This document shows, piece by piece, positions 41,580-48,415 of a stretch of 64,000 nucleotides of DNA; position 1 is the first letter of the stretch, and each line of letters begins with the position of its first letter. Made by a program: the position numbers and the translations under genes. Origin of the DNA: Candidatus Aminicenantes bacterium. Its GTDB lineage: Bacteria > Acidobacteriota > Aminicenantia > Aminicenantales > Saccharicenantaceae. Under the pieces are notes generated by a model, which searched no databases, had not been told where the DNA came from, and saw nothing but the letters and a program-made list of their open reading frames with translations. The stretch covers positions 5,296 through 69,295 of the forward strand of contig CAVSAI010000023.1 in assembly GCA_963725825.1 (NCBI GenBank). The letters run 5' to 3'.

Positions 41580-44500
41580 TCAGAACGACCTCAGGAAAGT
41601 ACACTTGGTGATCTTGGGGACTCCCTCCCCGTCAACCCGGACCTCGCCGCGCAGGAAACAGACGGGCGGCATCCCGTAGGTCGTGCAGTGCGTCTCGCCG
41701 ACACCCTCGAGGAGGCCCGTTTCGTCCTCGAAGATGTAAAAATACTTTGCGCCGCCGTTCCCATTCCCGTTCCCGCCGTATCCCCCGGGGCCCCCGTCCG
41801 CCTTCTCCGGCTCCTCGTCGTCACCGCCGCCGGCCCCTCCGCCATACCCGCCATACCCGCCGCGGCCCTTGCCTTCCTGCACGGTGTTATAGGTCACCCT
41901 CTGACGGGCGTCGACGACCCGGACGACGAGCTCGACCATGGTCCCGGCGCAATCCTTGAGGTCCTTCACCCGCAGCTCCGGCCGCTTCCCCTCGTAGAGA
42001 TCGAGGTCGTCCCCGTCCGGAAGGAACCCGAGGGCCTCGAAGATCATGCGTCGCTTCTCGTCCGAGGCGATGTCGGCCACCTCCTCCATGTTCTCGAGGC
42101 CCTGGAAGTAGCGCAGCACCTGGCGCGTCCGCCGCGGCTCGAGGGAGTCGAAGACGCCGGCCTTGATGAGGGTCAGGAGCTCGGCCTTGCCGGGCTTCGT
42201 CCGGGCCAGGAAGTCCTCGACCGACAGATACTCGCCGCCCGCCGCCCGCTCGTCGAGGAGGCGCTCGATCGTCTTCAGGCCGAGGCCCTTGATCGAGGTC
42301 AGGCCGACGCGGATCGCCCCGCCCCCCGCCGCCGCCTCGACCTCGAAGCCGGACCCGCTGCGGTTGGCGTCCGGCCCCAGGATGCGGATGCCGTTCCTCT
42401 TCGCTTCGGCGACGTACTCCGGCAGATCGTAGTAGCCGCCGCCGGCGTTGAGCACGGCCGCGAAATACGTCACCGGTTGGTGGACCTTGAGATAGACGGC
42501 CTGGTAGGCCATGTGGGCGTAGGAGGCGCTGTGGGCCTTGTTGAAGGAGTAGGAGGAGAACTTCTCCATGGTCTTCCACAGCCGCTCGACCTCCGGCGCC
42601 CCGTAGCCGCGCTCGCCGGCCTCGCGGGCGAACTTGGCCCGGAGCGCCGCATCGCCGCCCCGCCCCTGCTTCAGGCTCCGCCGCAGGAGGTCCCCCTCCT
42701 CCGGGGGCATGCCGGCCACGCGCTCGGCGACCTGCATGACCTGCTCCTCGTAGAGAAGGATGCCGCCGGTCTCGGGCAGGATGCGGGCGAGAAAGGCGTC
42801 GTCGCTTGGGGACATGTACCTCTGGTACGTGTCCCCGTTTTTCGCCGGCCCTCGCCGGCCGCTGCGCCGCCGCAGGAGCGCCTCCTTCATGCCGCTCTCG
42901 GTCGGCCCGGGCCGGACCAGGGCCAGGGCCTGGGTGATCTCGTGGATGTCCACGGGCTTCATCCGCCGCAGGAGGTTCATCATGGCCGGGCTCTCGACCT
43001 GGAAGCAGCCGACCGTCCGGGCGGCCCGCAGCGCCGCGTACGTCGCCGCGTCCCCGGGCGGCAGGGCCCGCAGCTGGAGCTTCTCTTTCGTCTCCGAGAT
43101 GGCCGCCAGGCCCCGCACCGAGAGGAGGTCGAGCTTGATCAGCCGCAGGTCCTCGACCGCGTCCTTGTCGAAGTGGGTCATGCGCAGGCCCTTGGCCGAG
43201 GTCTCGAGGGGCAGATACCGCTCGACCGGCCCCGGGGTCAGGATGACGCCGCCGACGTGGAGGGAGATCTCGTGATAGACGTCCTGGAGCTCGGCGGCGA
43301 GCTTCCAGACGTCGAGGCGGCCCGGCGCCGGGGCGGCCAGTCGGAGGCTCGACGGCTCGGCGAAATACGGCACGCGCTTCGACAGGCTCCGCGCCTCCTC
43401 GGGCGGGGCGCCGAACGCGCGGAGCGTTTCGTAGAGGGCCGAGCGGCCGCCGAAGCTCTTGAGGCTGCAGACGTAGGCCGCGCCGGTCTTGCCCGCGCCG
43501 TAGCGCTCGAGGACGTACTTCAGGACCTCGTCGCGGCGCCGGGAGTCGAAATCGATGTCGATGTCGGGCGGGTCGGGCCGGCCGCGGTTGAGGAAGCGCT
43601 CGAAATAGAGATCGAACTCCATCGGGCTGACGTGGGAGATGCCGAGGAGCCAGGCCAGGAAGGACGAGGCCCCCGATCCCCGCAGGTTGTGGAGGATGCC
43701 GCGGCCGCGGGCGAACTCGACGATGTCGTGGACGGCGAGGAAGTAGGGGCCGAAGCCCGACTGCTCGACCGCCGTGAGCTCGCGGCGGGCCCGCTGGCGC
43801 TCCTTCCAGGTCAGGTTCTTCGCCGCCGTGAGCCGCTCCATGACGACCTCGCGGAGGGTCCGGGGGAAGAGGTCGGCCGGGAGGCCGGGGATGACGTTCT
43901 CGAAGACGAACTCGCACTTTTCGGCGACCTCGGCCGTCCGGGCCAGGGCGTCCCGGGCCGCGTCGCCGAAGCGGCGCAGGGCCAGCGCCTCCTGGTCAGG
44001 CCCGAAGAGTCTCATCTTGCCCAGGAGCCGGTCGCGCTCCGGCGGGTAGGGGATCTTTTGCTCGATGGCATGGAGGAGGACGAGGCGCTCCGGGCTCGTC
44101 AGGTACTTGAGGGGGTTGGCCCAGACGACGGGCAAGGCGACTGGGGGACATGTTCCAATTTCGAAGAAATTGGTACGTGTCCCCCATTCCGTCTTCCAAT
44201 GATCCGCCTGAAGTTCCCGAAATCCGCCCCGAGGTAGAGGTCGCCCGGCGCGACTTTCCCCCGGAGCTCGGCCAGCATCGCGGCTTCGCTCGCCCAGCCG
44301 TGTCCCCTTTCTTGTCCCCTTTCGCGCCCCCGGCCATGCCCTCGTCCTCTCCTTTCGGGGACAGTCCCCCGGGGATGTAGATCGCGATGAGCCCGGAGGC
44401 GTCGCGGATGTCCCTGCGGTTGAAGATCTCCATGAGGTTCGAGTAGCCCTCCCGCGTCTTGACCAGGAAGACGAACCGCCGGCCCCCGCACTCGAGCTCG

Positions 44501-44690
44501 CAGCCGAAGATGGGCTTGAACCCGCCCGCCGGCGCGATGCGCTTCCACTTGCCCCAGCCGTAGATGTTGCCGATGTCCGCCAGGGCCGCGGCCGGAAGCC
44601 TTTTCCCCCGGTCCAGCCGGCCGCCTCTTCGAGCGTGACGCTCCCTCTCCCCCGGCTGTACACCGAATGGATGCGCAGCGGCACGAACAT
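41580..44690 (-). CDS. dnaE2: Error-prone DNA polymerase III alpha (DnaE2/ImuC-like). The 5' 600 nt are frame-disrupted at three points
   Basis: From about 44127 downward the ORF is a clean DnaE core (GYFLAVHDIV-type region, PDIDIDF, FQVESP, LVRPGP, FNKAHSASYA). The first 24 aa (MFVPLRIHSVYSRGRGSVTLEEAA) are PHP-like. Homology then continues in the frames of ORFs 43996..46125 and 44099..44548 before returning. Confidence 0.75.
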   Translation of the reverse strand: MFVPLRIHSVYSRGRGSVTLEEAAGWTGGKGFRPRPWRTSATSTAGASGSASRRRAGSSPSSAASSSAGAGGSSSWSRRGRATRTSWRSSTAGTSATPPGSSRSTSPGDCPRKERTRAWPGARKGTRKGTRLGERSRDAGRAPGESRAGRPLPRGGFRELQADHWKTEWGTRTNFFEIGTCPPVALPVVWANPLKYLTSPERLVLLHAIEQKIPYPPERDRLLGKMRLFGPDQEALALRRFGDAARDALARTAEVAEKCEFVFENVIPGLPADLFPRTLREVVMERLTAAKNLTWKERQRARRELTAVEQSGFGPYFLAVHDIVEFARGRGILHNLRGSGASSFLAWLLGISHVSPMEFDLYFERFLNRGRPDPPDIDIDFDSRRRDEVLKYVLERYGAGKTGAAYVCSLKSFGGRSALYETLRAFGAPPEEARSLSKRVPYFAEPSSLRLAAPAPGRLDVWKLAAELQDVYHEISLHVGGVILTPGPVERYLPLETSAKGLRMTHFDKDAVEDLRLIKLDLLSVRGLAAISETKEKLQLRALPPGDAATYAALRAARTVGCFQVESPAMMNLLRRMKPVDIHEITQALALVRPGPTESGMKEALLRRRSGRRGPAKNGDTYQRYMSPSDDAFLARILPETGGILLYEEQVMQVAERVAGMPPEEGDLLRRSLKQGRGGDAALRAKFAREAGERGYGAPEVERLWKTMEKFSSYSFNKAHSASYAHMAYQAVYLKVHQPVTYFAAVLNAGGGYYDLPEYVAEAKRNGIRILGPDANRSGSGFEVEAAAGGGAIRVGLTSIKGLGLKTIERLLDERAAGGEYLSVEDFLARTKPGKAELLTLIKAGVFDSLEPRRTRQVLRYFQGLENMEEVADIASDEKRRMIFEALGFLPDGDDLDLYEGKRPELRVKDLKDCAGTMVELVVRVVDARQRVTYNTVQEGKGRGGYGGYGGGAGGGDDEEPEKADGGPGGYGGNGNGNGGAKYFYIFEDETGLLEGVGETHCTTYGMPPVCFLRGEVRVDGEGVPKITKCTFLRSF
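44143..44185. repeat. 43-nt near-perfect palindrome inside dnaE2 (insert E2)
   Basis: Minus strand reads GGGGGACACGTACCAATTT-cttcg-AAATTGGAACATGTCCCCC, with 17 of 19 stem pairs. It coincides with the third frame change. Confidence 0.8.
44300..44370. repeat. GGGGAC-motif insert inside dnaE2 (insert E1)
   Basis: Minus strand reads GGGGGACTGTCCCC...GAAAGGGGACAAGAAAGGGGACAC. It coincides with the second frame change, and this stretch has no counterpart in the DnaE2/ImuC layout I recall. Confidence 0.7.
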
Positions 44691-44708
44691 GGCGCTTCTC
44701 TTCTCCCT

Positions 44709-45947
44709 TCATTTCGTCAGGGACGCCGTCTTGAGGACGTAGCCCCGCCGCGGCTCGAAGGCGTAGACGGCGTCGAGCATCTTTTCCCGGATCGTCAGGA
44801 CCGAGCCGAAGCCGTACTTGCCGCGGACCTGGTCGATGGCCCCGCCGAGCCGCTCCGGCCGGTCCGAGTAGGGCTCGAAGAGCGCCAGGGGCCGGACGCG
44901 GACGAGGTCCGAGGCCTTGACCCCGACCAGGCGCAGGGCCAGCCGCGAGCCGGCGGTGAGCTCGAGGAAGAGCTCCTCGGCGATCTTGTAGATCTTGCTC
45001 ATCTCCTGGAGCGGCGAGAGCACGAGACGGCGCTTGATCTCGGTCTTGAAGTCGGCGTAGCGGGCCTTGACCTCGATGACGTGGGCGTAGAGCCGGTCCT
45101 CGCGCAGGGCCAGGGTCAGCCGGTCGCAGAGGTAGGCCAGGTGGGCCAGGAGCAGGCGCTTGTCCCAGAGGTCCTCGAGGAAGGTCGTCTCGCGCGAGAC
45201 GGACTTGGGCAGCGTCCGCGTGACCAGCGGCCGGCAGTCGATGCCGCGCGACTGGAGATAGATGTCGTCGCCGCCCTCGCCGAAGAGCGTGTGCAGGGTC
45301 CCCCGCGGCAGATCCCACAGCTCGCCGATCTTGTGGATGTTCATCAGCCGCAGGACGACCTGGGCCTTGGGGCCGATGCCGGGCAGGGCCTCGATGCCGA
45401 GGTCGCGGAGATAGGTCTGCTCCTCGCCCTCGCGGATCTCGAAGAAGCCGGCCGGCTTGGCCCGGCGCGTGGCCAGCTTGGCCAGGATCTTGTTCGGCGC
45501 GGCCCCGACCGAGACCGTGACCCCGATCTCGCGCTCGACCTGCCGCTTGAGCTCGCGGGCCGCCTCCGTGAACGAGGGATAGATGTGGCCGCAGCGGGTG
45601 AGATCCAGGTAGGCCTCGTCGAGCGAGGCCTCCTCGACGTCCGGGGTCGCGGTGTGGAGGACGCGGAAGAAGCGCTCGGAGAAGGCCTGGTAGACCTGGA
45701 AGTTGCCGCGGACGAAGACGCCCTGGGGGCAGAGCTTGTAGCACTCGCGGAGCGGCATGCCCGAGTGGACGCCGAACTTGCGGGCCTCGTAGGAGCAGGT
45801 CGAGGCCACGCCGCGCTCGTGGGGGAGGCCGCCGACGATGACCGGCTTGCCCGCGAGCGAGGGGTCGAGCAGGACCTCGACGGCGGCGAAGAAGGCGTCG
45901 ATGTCGACGTGGACGATGTACCGACGCCCTTTTTTCGACAAAGACAC
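44709..45947 (-). CDS. dinB: Y-family DNA polymerase IV (catalytic-type DinB, in the imuB position of the cassette)
   Basis: VHVDIDAFFAAVE and SLDEAYLDLT catalytic acidic motifs are retained. GTG start with an AAGGAGG SD. It lies 18 nt upstream of the dnaE2 ATG. Confidence 0.85.
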   Translation of the reverse strand: MSLSKKGRRYIVHVDIDAFFAAVEVLLDPSLAGKPVIVGGLPHERGVASTCSYEARKFGVHSGMPLRECYKLCPQGVFVRGNFQVYQAFSERFFRVLHTATPDVEEASLDEAYLDLTRCGHIYPSFTEAARELKRQVEREIGVTVSVGAAPNKILAKLATRRAKPAGFFEIREGEEQTYLRDLGIEALPGIGPKAQVVLRLMNIHKIGELWDLPRGTLHTLFGEGGDDIYLQSRGIDCRPLVTRTLPKSVSRETTFLEDLWDKRLLLAHLAYLCDRLTLALREDRLYAHVIEVKARYADFKTEIKRRLVLSPLQEMSKIYKIAEELFLELTAGSRLALRLVGVKASDLVRVRPLALFEPYSDRPERLGGAIDQVRGKYGFGSVLTIREKMLDAVYAFEPRRGYVLKTASLTK

Positions 45948-46027
45948 CTGTCCTCCTTTTTCCGTGCGATCCGATTTGCCTTTTTCTCCCCTTCACGAAG
46001 GGGATGACCATCAGGGGTCCGCCCCGT

Positions 46028-46645
46028 TCAGTACTTGCGCATGATGCCGATGACCCGCCCCAGGATCTTGGCCGACGGGGCCTCGATCGGCTGGAAGGCC
46101 GGGTTCTCCGGGACGAGAAAGACATGACCGTTGTCGCGGCGCAGGCGCTTGAGCGTGACCGAGCCGTCGTCGAGCATGGCCACGACCATCTCGCCCGAGT
46201 TGGCCAGGTTGGTCCGCTCGAGCAGGACGTGGTCGCCGTCGTCGATGTAGGCGTCGATCATGCTCTTGCCGTCGACCCGGATGCAGAAGACGTTGCCCCG
46301 GCGGCGGCCGACCATCCAGCCCGGGACGTCCATGGCCTCGCCGGTCGCGTCGAACGACTCGCGCGGCCCGCCGGCCGGGACGAGGCCGGCCACCGGCACC
46401 CGGACCTGGCTCTCGACGAGGGCCGCGAGGCCGGCCACCCGGATCTCGCCGTCGGCGCGGCTGATGTAGCCCTTGCGCTCCAGGCTCTGGAGGTGCTTGA
46501 GGACGGCCGAGGGGCTGGGGATCTTGAGGGCCGAGCCCAGCTGGCGGATGGTCGGGGCGTAGCCGTGCTCGAGGACATAATCCTCGACGGCCTTGAGGAC
46601 CTTGGCCTGCCGGAGGGTCAGTTCCCGTCTCAATGTGTTTACCAT
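46028..46645 (-). CDS. lexA: LexA repressor
   Basis: Winged HTH (PTIRQLGSALKIPSPSAVLKHLQSLERKGYI), cleavage-site region VAG, and S24 peptidase Ser/Lys motifs (VDGKSM ... TLKRL). ATG at 46645 with an AAGGTG SD is preferred over GTG at 46654. Confidence 0.9.
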   Translation of the reverse strand: MVNTLRRELTLRQAKVLKAVEDYVLEHGYAPTIRQLGSALKIPSPSAVLKHLQSLERKGYISRADGEIRVAGLAALVESQVRVPVAGLVPAGGPRESFDATGEAMDVPGWMVGRRRGNVFCIRVDGKSMIDAYIDDGDHVLLERTNLANSGEMVVAMLDDGSVTLKRLRRDNGHVFLVPENPAFQPIEAPSAKILGRVIGIMRKY

Positions 46646-46661
46646 TTTGTTCACCTTTTAT

Positions 46662-46690
46662 AAGATAAGGCCGCCGTGGGCGTTTGTCAA
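46662..46690 (-). promoter_or_regulatory. lexA promoter (TTGACA-N17-TATCTT)
   Basis: -35 is the complement of 46685-46690 and -10 is the complement of 46662-46667. The -35 lies inside the three-copy 40-nt motif. Confidence 0.5.
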
Positions 46691-46732
46691 GTGGAAAATC
46701 GATGTGAGATTATTTCGTCAGCAGTCTCGTTA

Positions 46733-46860
46733 TTTGATAGGAAATTCCTTGTAAATTTACGCGCCTATCGACACTCCTCGACGATCTTCAGGCGGGAACC
46801 CCGTTCGCCCGGCCTTGCGGACCCTGCCTCGGTGGGCATTGGCGTAGCTCGTTCTCGCTC
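46733..46860 (-). mobile_element. Diverged, truncated copy (A) of the repeat-R terminus
   Basis: Minus strand reads ...TCGTCGAG..GCGCGTAAATTTACAAGGAATTTCCTATCAAA, which aligns with the last ~50 nt of R1 and R2. The inner boundary is approximate. Confidence 0.5.
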
Positions 46861-46993
46861 TCAGCGCCCTTGATAGAAAAACAAGAAAGCCAACATCCTG
46901 CGCGCCATAATGGCCTTGACACAAAAGTCCCTTTTCGATAAGTTCAATTTGCCCCAGAACAAGTTCTTATCCATCAGTGGAAGGGGGACGATT

Positions 46994-48385
46994 GTGCGCG
47001 GAAATAAGCCATTTTGCGTTTCCTTGGCTCTCTGGCTAGGCTTGATCGGGTGCCTTGCATCCGTATCGGGTGCCCAAACACCGCTGAAAACCATTGACAA
47101 TCCCCAGGGTGGAAAAATCGTGTACGGAGTGGTGGACGGGGCGACGAGCTCGGCGGCGGCCATGAGCGCCGTGCTGCGTATCGTGCACAACAACTGCGGA
47201 GAAAAGCCGCAGGTTGGCAGCGTGTTCAGGGTGCGCGGCACGAATTCCGATGCGGTCTTCTTCACGGTGGTCAACCACCCGCAAGGAAACAAGCAGGTTG
47301 CGGGCCTGCTCATCGCCTCTCCATCGGGCTCCAACAAGATGGAAGCGGCCCTCGTGAGCGACGATGCGACGCGTTTTGGCTCGACTGTAAACCCCATGCT
47401 GAACAGGCTATTCAGCGAGTGGCATCCTGGTAGCGGAAGGCCAGCTTCCGGCCCCGCGACGGGCAGCCGGCCGGCCCCGCCGGAGCCGCTGCACCGGGTT
47501 ATGACCCAAGACGGTTCGGCCAGCCTTGCTATCCCCAACGGCTGGAGATTTCAAGGCAACGGGGGCACCGTCATGGTCGTCGACCCCAACTACAACGTAA
47601 TAATCAACATCAACTTGGTACGGGGGGCGACCAACCCTTCTTATAGCCAGCCATACGGTAGGGCCACCGGCATGGGCGCCAAAATGGTCTACCCGTCCTA
47701 CGAGGATCCGGTCAAGGGGTTTCCAGGTCTTATCAAGGAGTTCTATCGCGTGAACAACCAACTCATTGACTTTCGGATCGACCACGCCGAGCAGGTGGCC
47801 GGTTCCCCCGGCCAACTCTGCGTCCATGCCATCGGGCACGGGATGCTTTTATCGGTAGGCCAGGCGCATCCTAACATACAGGAGAAAGACTACTGGGAGA
47901 TGGAGATGCTGGCGTGTTGCACTGCCCCTGATAGGATGGGCAACTACATGTTTACGCTTTCTATAAGCCAGATCGCCCCAAAGTTCGCTGACAAGGAGCG
48001 CGCCACCGTGGGCGCTATCCTCTCCAGTTTTGAGGTCAACCAAGCGGTGGTCGCGCGGCAAGCCAATGCCATCGCTGCGCCCGCCATCGCCGCCATTCAC
48101 AAAATCGGCGCGGATGCCACGGCGCGGATGAAGGCCATCGAACGAGCCAACGACGCCCAACACGCTGACTATTATGCCCGGCAGGACGCCAACGCCAGAA
48201 GCATTCAAGGCTTCAGCAACTACCTTCTCGATCAAACCGTCATCCAGGATAACAATGTGCACGGCAATGGCACGATCGGCCATGGCACCGTCTGGAACTC
48301 GACCGCTGATGCGTTGGTGAAAGCTTTTCCCAATCGCTATGAAATCGTCAATAATCCTAATTTCTGGAAGGGCTGGGATTACTGA
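46994..48385 (+). CDS. Hypothetical secreted protein (two-domain, lower-GC orphan)
   Basis: GTG at 46994 follows GGAAGGGGGA. Signal peptide FCVSLALWLGLIGCLASVSGAQ. A Pro/Gly/Ser linker separates two domains. No family recognised. Confidence 0.6.
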   Translation: MRGNKPFCVSLALWLGLIGCLASVSGAQTPLKTIDNPQGGKIVYGVVDGATSSAAAMSAVLRIVHNNCGEKPQVGSVFRVRGTNSDAVFFTVVNHPQGNKQVAGLLIASPSGSNKMEAALVSDDATRFGSTVNPMLNRLFSEWHPGSGRPASGPATGSRPAPPEPLHRVMTQDGSASLAIPNGWRFQGNGGTVMVVDPNYNVIININLVRGATNPSYSQPYGRATGMGAKMVYPSYEDPVKGFPGLIKEFYRVNNQLIDFRIDHAEQVAGSPGQLCVHAIGHGMLLSVGQAHPNIQEKDYWEMEMLACCTAPDRMGNYMFTLSISQIAPKFADKERATVGAILSSFEVNQAVVARQANAIAAPAIAAIHKIGADATARMKAIERANDAQHADYYARQDANARSIQGFSNYLLDQTVIQDNNVHGNGTIGHGTVWNSTADALVKAFPNRYEIVNNPNFWKGWDY

Positions 48386-48415
48386 AGGTACCGCGTATTT
48401 AAGAATCCCTGGGGA

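Noticed and set aside
41197-41604. 135-aa version of the HicB-like ORF (MYFPEVVLMGTCPLGTSSEKGLSPEGTVPLGQ..)
   Set aside because: The N-terminal 63 aa are a translation of the intergenic palindromes and the sigma54-like element. The internal ATG at 41415 gives a standard UPF0150 domain. No hicA partner was found on either side.
41475-44237. 920-aa plus-strand ORF opposite dnaE2
   Set aside because: It is an antisense shadow frame. dnaE2 motifs are unambiguous on the minus strand.
43996-46125. 709-aa minus-strand ORF
   Set aside because: It is not a gene. It is an out-of-frame read-through of dinB, plus the genuine second-frame segment of dnaE2 (about 44370-44603), plus junk. It is useful only as evidence for the frame changes.
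46646-46700. Known LexA operator types at the lexA promoter
   Set aside because: There is no CTGT-N8-ACAG, GAAC-N4-GTTC or GTTC-N7-GTTC. Only weak dyads are present (TTAT-N3-ATAA; CGCC-CAC-GGCG), and I cannot support them as operators.
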